NCBI GenBank assembly: GCA_027925325.1
Contig: AP027133.1
Coordinates: 150,001-182,000 of the forward strand
Direction of reading: 5' to 3'
DNA from: Candidatus Saccharimonadota bacterium
GTDB taxonomy: Bacteria; Bacillota_I; Bacilli_A; Mycoplasmatales; Hepatoplasmataceae
DNA: 32,000 bases
Part shown: positions 21,101 to 29,744 of the stretch, one piece after another
How positions within the stretch are numbered: the stretch's first letter is position 1
Layout: each line of letters opens with the position of its first letter
Translations under genes and position numbers: made by a program
The notes under the pieces: generated by a model
Told to the model about the DNA's origin: nothing
Databases searched by the model: none
What the model saw: only the letters and a program-made list of their open reading frames with translations

Positions 21101-22522
21101 GATTATATAAAAGAAATATTAGGAGAAAAAAATATTTATCGTGCCGGAACAATTTCAACAGTAGCAGAGAGAACCGCTTACGGTTATGTTAAAAATTGGG
21201 AAGAGATAACAAATAATAAATTATCACGGGCAAAATTAGATCATTTTGCAAAACTTGTCGAAGGAACTAAGCGAACAACAGGACAACATCCCGGAGGATT
21301 AATCGTCGTTCCAAAAGCAATGGAAATATATGATTTTACACCGATTAATTTTCCTGGGAATGATATAAAATCAAATTGATTAACAACTCATTTTGATTTT
21401 CATTCAATTCATGATAATCTTTTAAAATTAGATTTATTAGGACATTTAGATCCTTCACTTTTAAAAATGCTACAATCATTAACAAAAGTAAATCCACAGC
21501 AAATTCCAATGAATGATAAAGAGGTAATTTCACTATTTAAGAATAGTAAAGCTTTAAATTACGAGGAAAATCATACAGGTGAGGAATTAGGGATTTTAGG
21601 ATTACCTGAGTTTGGGACGAAATTTGTTCGTGATCTTGTTCGCGATGCAAAACCAAAATCTTTTTCAGAATTAGTGATGATTTCTGGATTATCACATGGA
21701 ACAGATGTATGATTATCAAATGCGAAAAATTTCATAAATGAAGGAAAAGCAACTTTAAAAGATGTAATTTCTGTTCGCGATGATATTATGCGATATCTTA
21801 TTTCTAAAAATGTGCCAAATTTAGAAGCTTTTAAAATTATGGAATCGGTTCGAAAAGGACAGGGATTAACAGAAAAATGGGAAAAAATGATGTTAGAACA
21901 TCAGATTCCTGATTGATATATTGAATCATGTAAAAAAATTAAATATATCTTCCCTAAAGCTCATGCTGTTGCATATGTAATGATGGCCTATCGAATCGCA
22001 TGATACAAAATTAATTATCCACTTGAATACTACGCAACTTTTTTTACAAAAAGAGATACGGAGTGAGATATCTTAAGTTTAAATAAGGGTTTAAAAGGAA
22101 TTTCAGATTGAAAAGCAAATTATAAAAATAAACCAGAAAAAGAAAAAAGTGAACGTGATAAAGCGATAAATGAAACATATACAATTTTACTTGAAATGTA
22201 TTCACGTGGTTATAAGGTATCACCAATTAGTTTAGAAAATTCACAATCAACAACATGAATTATAGATAGAGATGCAAAACAATTAATACCCCCTTTTACA
22301 ATTATTGAAGGATTAGGAAGTGCTGTTGCCGATAAACTTGTAAGTGAAAATAAAAAACAACCTTTTATATCGCTTGATGATTTTAAATTAAGATCAGGTC
22401 TTAATAAAACACTTATTAAGAAATTTTCTGATCTTGAGATTACCGATAATTTAGCGATTAAATCTGAACACAAAAAGCAAATTTCAATTGAGGATTTATT
22501 TCATTTTTAAGTTTAAGATTTA
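18185..22522 (+). CDS. polC: DNA polymerase III alpha subunit, PolC type (1445 aa)
   Basis: A single frame-2 reading frame spans at least seven track fragments once about a dozen TGA=Trp codons are read through. PHP domain ([11 protein letters not shown]), DEDDh 3'-5' exonuclease ([25 protein letters not shown]), zinc finger (CDKCKHHF...CPICKG) and polymerase core ([21 protein letters not shown]). Stop is TAG 22520-22522. Confidence 0.95.
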
Positions 22523-22532
22523 GTAAATAAAA

Positions 22533-22560
22533 ATTGATTTTATGATACTTTATAATATAA
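22533..22560 (+). promoter_or_regulatory. Sigma-70-type promoter for the nusA-infB operon
   Basis: TTGATT (22533-22538), a 16-nt spacer, then TATAAT (22555-22560), about 118 nt upstream of the nusA ATG. Confidence 0.5.
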
Positions 22561-22579
22561 TTTATTTATATTAAATGAA

Positions 22580-22602
22580 GGAGCAAAGCTCTTTTATTTC
22601 TT
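22580..22602 (+). terminator. Weak hairpin plus U-tract in the nusA 5' leader (possible attenuator, or the polC terminator)
   Basis: GGAGC-AAA-GCTCT (5 bp including one G-T) followed by TTTTATTTCTT. The hairpin lies downstream of the predicted promoter. Confidence 0.3.
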
Positions 22603-22677
22603 AATTCTTTTTTATTTTATTGTTAAAAAATAATAATTGATTAAAATTGACTGATATTAAAAAAGGAAAGGAATTTT

Positions 22678-23928
22678 ATGAATATAAAAAATCAACAAAA
22701 AAAGATAGTTGAAGCACTTAAATCATTTGCTGAATTAAAAGGTATTACAAAAGAAGAAATTAAGAAATTATTAGAAGAGTCTTTTTTAAAAGCTTTAAAT
22801 AAAGAATACGAAAATGATTTGGAAAGTAAAGAAATTATGCTTCCTCTGTTTGATATTTCAGTGAAATTGGATGAGGGAAAAATTGATGTTAAAAGAAAGT
22901 GAATTTTAACAGATCAACCGGTTGATGAAAAAGAAATTAATGTTAAAAAAAATATTAAAGAGGCAAATTTAAAAGAAATAAAAGATGATTTTTATTTTGA
23001 AAATATTTCTTTAGCTTCAATAAAACATGATAGCTTTTTTCTTTATATTAAGCAATTATTTACACAGAAAGTTTCTGAAGCTGAAAAGGTTAAAATTTAT
23101 GAAAAATTTATCGATTATAAAGATCATATCATCAAAGCAAAAGTCGAAAAATCTTCATTTACACATTATCTTTTAAGTTATCAAGGTAATATCATTTTTC
23201 TTTCAAAAAAAGAAACTTCAAGATTAGATCAATTTAAAATTGGTGATTTTATTTATGTATATATTACAAATATTGAAAAATCTTCAAAAGATGCACAAAT
23301 TATTGCTTCAAGAAGAAATCCACAATTTGTTATAAAATTACTAGAAAAAGAAATTGAAGATGTTGCCGATGGAGTTATCAAAATAGAAAAAATTGCTAGA
23401 CAAGCAGGTTTTAAGACTAAAGTTCTTGTTTGAAGTACTTTAGATGAAGTTGATGCTGTCGGATCGATTATCGGCGTAAAAGGACAAAAAATAAAGGCGA
23501 TAATTGATGAATTAAGAGGTGAGCGAATTGATATTATTGAATATAGTAAAGATATTAATATTCAAATTGCAAGAGCTGTAATTCCTGGCAAAATTATCGG
23601 TATTAAAAAAGAAAGTGAAGAAAAATATATTCTTGTAACAGAAGAAAGAGATTTTTTATCAGTACTTGGAAAAGGTGGATTAAATATAAAATTAGTTGCC
23701 AATCTTGTTGATAAAAAATTAGATGTTAAAACCAAAAAAACAGCAGAAGAGGAAAGTATTAAATATCAATATATTACACTTTCTTCATATAATCAAAATC
23801 GTAATGTTCGGAAAAATTTTTCAAAAATTGTAAATGAAAATTACGATGAAAATTACGATTTAGTTGAAGATTTAGCATCAATGGAAGAGTATGATGATTA
23901 TGATCAAGAATTAGATAAACGTTACTAA
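22678..23928 (+). CDS. nusA: Transcription termination/antitermination factor NusA
   Basis: The S1-like region and the KH domains (..DAVGSIIGVKGQKIKAIIDELRGERIDIIEYS.., ..VLGKGGLNIKLVANLV..) match NusA. GGAAAGGA SD lies upstream. Two TGA=Trp codons. The track shows only the first 74 aa. Confidence 0.92.
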
Positions 23929-23943
23929 TGCTATTGATTATTT

Positions 23944-24225
23944 ATGAATCTAATGAAAGAGATTATTCGTACTGATATTCTTACAAATAAAAAATATCAA
24001 CAAAATCAATTAATTAGAATTGCTATTTTAAAAGATAAAACGACAATTTTAAATAATGATGTTTTAGGTCGAGGTCTTTATTTTCATCCTAAAAATTTAA
24101 TTAACAAAAAAAGATGAGAGATTTTAAAATTTAAAATTAAAAAAAACGGAGGTGATTTTTCACAAATATCCGATAAATTATCATCTTTTTATCAAGGAGG
24201 TAATTTCGATGGCGAAAAAAAATAA
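23944..24225 (+). CDS. ylxR: YlxR/RnpM-family (DUF448) RNA-binding protein
   Basis: A 93-codon ORF absent from the track (one TGA=Trp). ..IRTDILTNKKYQQNQLIRIAI......NNDVLGRGLYFHP.. fits the YlxR pattern (R.C....K..K.ELIR.V....D....GRG.Y). It holds the conserved position between nusA and infB and overlaps the infB start by 17 nt. Confidence 0.7.
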
Positions 24226-26053
24226 CAAGAAAAATAATAATATTTACAAATACAATTTAGATAGTTTTTTTGTTGAAAAATTAAGTTTTAAAGATAATAA
24301 ACTTAAATTTGGTACGAACACTTATTTAAAGGAACTTGCAAAAATTTTAGGATTAAATCCATTTAAGATCAAGAAAAAATTAGGCTTGGATTTAAAGATC
24401 GATGATCATATTTTAGATGATGATCAAATAGCAGAAATTGCTTTTGCTAATAATATTGAATTTGAAAAAGTCGATGATGTATCACCTGAAAATATTATTT
24501 TAAAAATAAATGAATTGGTTGAGAATTTTAAAAATTGACCAAAAGAAGTTATTGTTAAAAAAAGAACTCCAATCGTTACGATTATGGGCCATGTTGATCA
24601 TGGAAAGACAACTCTTTTAGATACGATTAGAAATACCAATTATACAGCGAAGGAAGCAGGGGGAATTACACAAAAGATCGGTGCATATCAGATAACTTGA
24701 AAAAATAACAAAATTACTTTTATCGATACACCAGGACACGAGGCATTTACAGAAATGCGAGCAAATGGCTCAAGAGTAACCGATTTATGTGTGATTGTTA
24801 TTTCAGCAAACGATTCGTTGATGAAACAAACAAAAGAATCAATTGATCATGCAAGAGCTGCAAATGTACCGATCATAATCGCAATCAATAAAATTGACCT
24901 TATCGCTAATAATCGGAAGAAAATTTTAAATGATCTTGCTGAATATGGCGTTGTTGCCGAAGAATTAGGAGGAAATACTCCAATCGTTGAGGTTTCTGCT
25001 CTTAAAAATAAAAATATCGATCATTTACTAGATGTAATTATTTTATTAACTGATTTGCTTAATTTAAAAACAGCTTTTAATATTTTAGCAACTGGAACCG
25101 TAATTGAAAGTAATATTCATAAAAATAGGGGAAATTTAGTAACGGTAATCGTTAAAAATGGAATTTTAAGAATCGGTGATAATGTAATCTTAGATGATAA
25201 ATTGATAAATATCAAAGGTTTAAAAGATGAGAATCAAAATGTTATTACTGAAGCTTACCCTGGACAGCCGGTTGAGATTTATGGAGCTGGATTTTCACCG
25301 CTTGCAGGAGCTAATTTTGTCGCTGTTTTCGATTTAAAATTAGCCAATAAAATTGTAAATATTTTCCATAGTTCTAAACTTAATTCATTAAGAAACGCTA
25401 ATAGTAAATTAGTAACAAGAGAAAATTTATTTCAAAGATTATCAGATCAAAATAAACATATTTTTAATTTAATTTTAAAAGTTGATTCTGTTAATTCGTT
25501 AAGTGCAATTGAAAATCAATTAAGTTTATTGAATAATGATAATTTAATTATTAAGATAATTCATAAAGATGTCGGTGAAGTTACAAATAGTGATATTATT
25601 CTTGCTGATGCTTCAAAAGCAATTATTTATCAATTTAATCTTAAAACACCAAACAATTTGCAACCAATAATAAAAGCAAGAAATGTTTTGGTTTTAAATT
25701 TTGATGTTATTTATAAATTATTTGATGATATTAAAGAAAAAGTTTCAATTAATAAAAAACAAGAACCGGTTAAGAAAATAATCGGTGAAGGGAAAGTAAT
25801 TAAAAAATTTGTTTTTTCAAAAGTCGGGGCGATTTCTGGAACACGAATTATCGATGGAATAGTAAAAAGAAATTCAAAAGTTAATATCTATCGTAATCAA
25901 AAATTAATCTTCGATACAGAGATCAAAAGTTTAATGATTGAAAAAAATAATGTAAGTGAAGTCAAAAAAGGACAGGAATGTGGAATTACATTCAAAAATT
26001 TTAATGATTTTTTAGAAAATGATCATTTGGAATTTTTTGAATTTAAAAATTAA
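24209..26053 (+). CDS. infB: Translation initiation factor IF-2
   Basis: A perfect AAGGAGG (24194-24200) lies 8 nt before ATG 24209. G domain [28 protein letters not shown] and NKID. Two TGA codons join the fragments. I reject the track's upstream start at 24152. Confidence 0.93.
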
Positions 26054-26055
26054 TT

Positions 26056-26397
26056 ATGGATCGAAATGCAAAACTAAAAATTTTAGAAAGTCAGATTAAA
26101 CTGAATCTTTCTGAAATACTGTTTACGAAAGTAAATAATGAAAAGGTAAAATATTTTTCAATAACCGATGTAAGAGTAACAAAGGATTTTTTAAATGCAA
26201 AAATCTATGTTAATTATTTTGATAAGGCAAAAGAAGAAATGTATTTTAGTGAATTTAATAAAATTAAAGGATTTTTACGTTCAGAGCTTGCAAAAAGACT
26301 GACGATGCGAAAAGTTCCGGAATTGGAATTTATTCTTGATGATCTTATTACTAAGATCGAAGATCTTGATCAATTAATTCAAAAAAGCAAAAAATAA
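26056..26397 (+). CDS. rbfA: Ribosome-binding factor A
   Basis: ..ITDVRVTKDFLNAKIYV.........IKGFLRSELAKRLTMRKVPELEF..D matches the RbfA KH-like core. Sits in the conserved position after infB. Confidence 0.9.
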   Translation: MDRNAKLKILESQIKLNLSEILFTKVNNEKVKYFSITDVRVTKDFLNAKIYVNYFDKAKEEMYFSEFNKIKGFLRSELAKRLTMRKVPELEFILDDLITKIEDLDQLIQKSKK

Positions 26398-27233
26398 TGG
26401 ATGCAATCTTTATTGGTTTTAAAAAAGAAGGAATCTCTTCTAATCAATTTATTCAAAATTTAAAAAAAAAATTAAATGTAAATAAAATCGGTCATGCAGG
26501 AACTTTAGATCCGTTTGCAACCGGTCTTTTAATAATTGGAACAGACAATTATACAAAGCTTTTAACTTATTTTAATAATTTAGATAAGACTTATTTGGGG
26601 ACGTTTTTATTCGGAAAAGAAACCGATACACTTGATAAAACCGGTAAATTAATAAGAGAAGATAAGATCGAAGTAGATTTTAGTTTACTAAAAAAAATAA
26701 TCTCTGATAATTTTATTGGCAAAATAGCACAAATTCCACCTTTATATTCAGCAACAAAATGAAAAGGTTTGCCTGCTTATAAATATGCCTTAAAAAACAT
26801 CGATTTAAATTTAGAAGCAAAAGAAAGATTTATCTATTCTTTTCAAATTTATCAAACAGATAAGAAAAATCAATTTGATTTTAAAATTAAAGTTTCTTCA
26901 GGAACTTATATTCGAGCGATCGCAAGGGATTTAGGGCAAAAATTGCAAATAAGTGCCATTTTGTTAAATTTAAAAAGAATAAAAATAGCGAATTTAGAAA
27001 TCAAAAAAGAGGAAAATGAAATAGAAAAAATCAATGATCCTTATCAATTTTTAAATTTTAAAAAAGTTTTACTTAATCAAGAAGAAATAAAAAATATTTT
27101 AAATGGAAAAGAAATTGAGATTTTAGCAAAAAAAGAGCAAATTTTATTAGCGACTGATCAAAATAATAAACATGAAATTTTAATTAGCAAAATCACAGAA
27201 AATATTTATAAAATTAAAAAGAGAATAAGATAA
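26397..27233 (+). CDS. truB: tRNA pseudouridine55 synthase TruB
   Basis: ..KIGHAGTLDPFATGLLIIG (catalytic Asp motif)...IAQIPPLYSATKWKG.PAYKYA...GTYIRAIARDLG. One TGA=Trp (26760-26762) joins two fragments. The ATG overlaps the rbfA stop by 1 nt. Confidence 0.92.
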
Positions 27234-27234
27234 A

Positions 27235-28146
27235 ATGGAAATAATTAATTTTGATATTAAGAAAAATAAATTGATTAATAATAGTAAAAAAATTATTATT
27301 TTAGGTAAATTTAATACCTTTCATTTAGGGCATCAAAAATTATTTAAAAAAGGATTTTCTTTAAGAGAAGCAAAAAAATATCAATTAATAGTGATGCTCT
27401 ATCCGGATTTTAATGATTTTACAAAAACTAAGGTAAAAAAAATATTGCCTTTAGAAGAAAGAATTAAAATTTTGCAAAAAAATAATCTTGATTATGTTCT
27501 TCTTTTTGAGGAGAGTGCAAAGAATTATCAAGTTACAAGAGAAAAATTTATTTGATATTTAAAAAATATTTTAAATGTAACTGATGTAATAGTTGGTGAA
27601 AATTTTTCTTTTGGCAAGAATAAATTAGATGATTTAAATCTTCTTGCAAAAAATTTTAATTTACATACAATAAAACTCGCATATTATAATCAACAGATTA
27701 TTTCTACAAGTCTTATTAAAATGCTTTTAGATGAAGGAGCGATTGAAGATGCAAATAAATTATTGGGATTTAATTATTTTTATAGTGGCAAAATTGTTCA
27801 TGGGATGGGAATTGGTAAAAAATACAATACTCCTACCGCAAATGTTGAAGTTAAAGAGACTCTTTATCGACCGATGCAAGGAATTTATTTAAGTAAGGTT
27901 TTAATTTTTGATAAGTATTATTATGGAATTACCTCAATTTCAAATAATCCAACCTTTGATAAAAGACCCGTTACATTTGAAACATATATTTTTAATTTTG
28001 ATCAAGATATATATGGAGAAATAATTTATGTAGAATTATTAAAATTTATGCGCAGAGAGATAAAATTTGATTCTATTAAAAAATTATTTGCACAGATTGA
28101 AATTGATAAAAAAGAAGCGATTAGAATTATTAATGGCAAAAAATAA
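27235..28146 (+). CDS. ribF: Bifunctional riboflavin kinase / FAD synthetase
   Basis: N-terminal nucleotidyltransferase motif GKFNTFHLGHQKLF. C-terminal riboflavin kinase motifs PTANV, GIYLSKV and ETYIFNFDQDIYGE..YVELLKFMR.E.KF. One TGA joins two fragments. Confidence 0.9.
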
Positions 28147-28171
28147 CCCTCTTGTTTTTAAAAAGAGGGTT
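28145..28171 (+). other. GC-containing hairpin directly after the ribF stop (terminator-like but without a 3' U-tract)
   Basis: AACCCTCTT (28145-28153), a 9-nt loop, then AAGAGGGTT (28163-28171), a perfect 9-bp stem. The downstream sequence is AAGAATACTT, not T-rich. Confidence 0.5.
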
Positions 28172-28187
28172 AAGAATACTTGGCATA

Positions 28188-28208
28188 TCCTCTATTAATA
28201 TTAGAGGA
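28188..28208 (+). other. Second hairpin in the ribF/rsgA gap
   Basis: TCCTCTA (28188-28194), a 7-nt loop, then TAGAGGA (28202-28208), followed by a moderately T-rich stretch. Confidence 0.4.
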
Positions 28209-28263
28209 CAATTTAATATTCTATTTAATTTTTGTATTTTCTCACTTTACTTGATTATTAATT

Positions 28264-28269
28264 TATAAT
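28264..28269 (+). promoter_or_regulatory. TATAAT -10 box 6 nt upstream of the rsgA ATG (probable leaderless mRNA)
   Basis: TATAAT at 28264-28269, then TTTTTT, then ATG 28276. There is not a single G between 28254 and the ATG, so no SD. Confidence 0.4.
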
Positions 28270-28275
28270 TTTTTT

Positions 28276-29148
28276 ATGTTTGGAATAATAATTCACTCAA
28301 GTGGTGGAAATTACCGTGTAAAAACTAAAGAGGGTATTTTTAGATGTAAACCGATCGGTTTATTTCGTAATCAAAAAATTGAATTAGTTGTCGGTGACCG
28401 CGTAGAAATAAAAGTTGATCAAAATATCGGCCAACAGAATTTAAATATAATTTCAAAGCTCTATGAGAGAAAAAATCAATTTATTAGACCAAAAATTTCT
28501 AATATTGATTTTGCAATAATTGTTACATCTGTTGTAGAACCGAGGTTTAATCATTTTTATTTGAATAAAATAATTACTTTTTTTCAAATAAAAAAAGTTA
28601 AACCGATTTTAATTTTTACAAAAGTTGATTTAAATAAAAAAGCAGAGAATTTAGATTTAATTAAAAAATATCAAGATTTAGATTATGATATTTTTATTTT
28701 TAAAAATTCTTTTGATCAAAAAGTAAAAGATGATTTCTTAAATTTAATTAAAAATAAATTTTCAATCGTAACGGGACAAAGTGGAGTTGGTAAATCAACA
28801 ATTTTAAATTTTATAGATAATAATTTAAAGTTGGATACAGCACAGATTTCATTTTCCCTGAATCGAGGAAAGCATACAACAAGAGATTATACTGCTATTG
28901 AGATTATTAAGGATACTTTTATTGTTGATAGTCCGGGATTTTCAAGCTTAAAAATTGATTTTGAAACTGACCAAATCGCTAAAAATTTTTTAAATTTTTC
29001 TAATCTATATAGTAAATGTCAATTTAAAAATTGTTTACATATAAATGAAAAAAATTGTTTTGTTAAAAAAAGTACAGATTTAATTTTTTATAATGACTAT
29101 CTAAAATTAATTAATGAATTAAAAAAAATCACTAATTTTAAGATATAA
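28276..29148 (+). CDS. rsgA: Ribosome small-subunit-dependent GTPase A (RsgA/YjeQ/YloQ)
   Basis: N-terminal OB region (GGNYRVKTKEG.FRCKP.G.FR......VGDRVEI). Permuted GTPase motifs TKVDL then GQSGVGKST and DSPGF. C-terminal zinc knuckle (C.F.NC.H..E..C). Confidence 0.9.
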   Translation: MFGIIIHSSGGNYRVKTKEGIFRCKPIGLFRNQKIELVVGDRVEIKVDQNIGQQNLNIISKLYERKNQFIRPKISNIDFAIIVTSVVEPRFNHFYLNKIITFFQIKKVKPILIFTKVDLNKKAENLDLIKKYQDLDYDIFIFKNSFDQKVKDDFLNLIKNKFSIVTGQSGVGKSTILNFIDNNLKLDTAQISFSLNRGKHTTRDYTAIEIIKDTFIVDSPGFSSLKIDFETDQIAKNFLNFSNLYSKCQFKNCLHINEKNCFVKKSTDLIFYNDYLKLINELKKITNFKI

Positions 29149-29158
29149 TAATCATAAT

Positions 29159-29428
29159 ATGAAAATTACCAAAGAAAGAAAAAAAGAAATAATTAAAGAA
29201 TTTGGTTTAAGTGAAAATAATACAGGTAAAACAGAAGTCCAAATTGCTATTTTAACAGATGAAATTAAAAATTTAACTGAGCATCTAAAAGAAAATAAAA
29301 AAGATTTTCATTCAAAATTAGGACTTAATAAAAAAGTATCACAAAGAACTTCTTTACTTAAATATTTACAAAAAAATGATAATGATCGCTATCAAGAAAT
29401 TATCAAAAAATTAAAGATTCGAAAATAA
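29159..29428 (+). CDS. rpsO: 30S ribosomal protein S15
   Basis: KEIIKEFGLSENNTGKTEVQIAILTDEIKNLTEHLKENKKDFHSKLGL.K.VSQR..LLKYL...D..RY.EII.KL.IR matches full-length S15. Confidence 0.93.
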   Translation: MKITKERKKEIIKEFGLSENNTGKTEVQIAILTDEIKNLTEHLKENKKDFHSKLGLNKKVSQRTSLLKYLQKNDNDRYQEIIKKLKIRK

Positions 29429-29460
29429 AAAAATAACACCGCTAATTAAAACGTCACATT

Positions 29461-29487
29461 AAGATCTATATATAGATCTTTTTTTTA
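29461..29487 (+). terminator. Intrinsic terminator of rpsO
   Basis: AAGATCTATA/TATAGATCTT is a perfect palindrome (29461-29480), followed by T7. Confidence 0.75.
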
Positions 29488-29490
29488 CGC

Positions 29491-29618
29491 AAAAAAAAAG
29501 AGAGTAAGAAGAATCCTACTCTCAAAATTAGTGTAAAGAATAAATAAAAGTAATTATGTAAAAGGGGATTAAATTAAATTGAGTTAATCAAAGTTGGTTA
29601 TTAGTCTCCTAATAACCA
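29491..29618 (-). ncRNA. Candidate ~125-nt small RNA on the minus strand (unknown family)
   Basis: Read on the minus strand: TTGCTT (29651-29646), a 16-nt spacer, TATAAT (29629-29624). About 7 nt later comes a perfect 9-bp hairpin GGTTATTAG-GAGA-CTAATAACC (29617-29596). An AU-rich body containing UCCCCUUUUAC follows. It ends with hairpin GAGAGTA-N10-TACTCTC (29523-29500) plus T9 (29499-29491). There is no ORF longer than 11 codons. Confidence 0.5.
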
Positions 29619-29623
29619 TGTTT

Positions 29624-29651
29624 ATTATACCCTAAAAATTTTAAAAAGCAA
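29624..29651 (-). promoter_or_regulatory. Minus-strand sigma-70-like promoter (TTGCTT-16-TATAAT)
   Basis: The reverse complement of 29646-29651 is TTGCTT and that of 29624-29629 is TATAAT, with a 16-nt spacer. Confidence 0.45.
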
Positions 29652-29744
29652 AATTTTTATTTTGAATTAAATCATCATTTTTTATTTTTTTATTTTTTTA
29701 TAAATTGATTAATTAAATTATTTATAATTTCATGGAAAGAACAA

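Noticed and set aside
18185-22522. polC (and topA, rbgA, cdsA, infB, plsC and others) look like strings of broken ORFs, which could suggest pseudogenes or frameshifts.
   Set aside because: Every break is a TGA codon in an otherwise continuous frame. Conserved motifs continue across the breaks. This is the code-4 translation artefact, not gene decay.
23836-23859. A 12-bp tandem duplication, GAAAATTACGAT x2 (ENYD-ENYD), in the acidic C-terminal tail of nusA.
   Set aside because: It has only two copies in a low-complexity tail and is probably a trivial slippage product. It is not a distinct feature.
1220-24208. N-terminally extended starts given in the track: TTG 1220 for sufS, TTG 12426 for rpsB, TTG 24152 for infB and ATG 564 for rplS.
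   Set aside because: Downstream ATGs (1241, 12477, 24209, 594) have better SD or promoter context and align better with homolog N-termini. In particular, a perfect AAGGAGG precedes 24209. The extended starts also run through predicted promoter or upstream-gene sequence.
29583-29618. An 11-codon minus-strand ORF (ATGGTTATTAGGAGACTAATAACCAACTTTGATTAA, MVIRRLITNFD) inside the candidate sRNA.
   Set aside because: It is very short and has no SD upstream. The ATG sits at the predicted 5' end, and most of the ORF is the perfect hairpin. An RNA structural role is more likely, though a leaderless micropeptide cannot be excluded.
29705-29728. TTGATT (29705-29710) plus TATAAT (29723-29728) as the acpS promoter.
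   Set aside because: The spacer is only 12 nt, so the -35 assignment fails. A TSS downstream of this -10 would also cut into the GGAAAG SD. The TATAAT alone may still work, but I cannot support a call.
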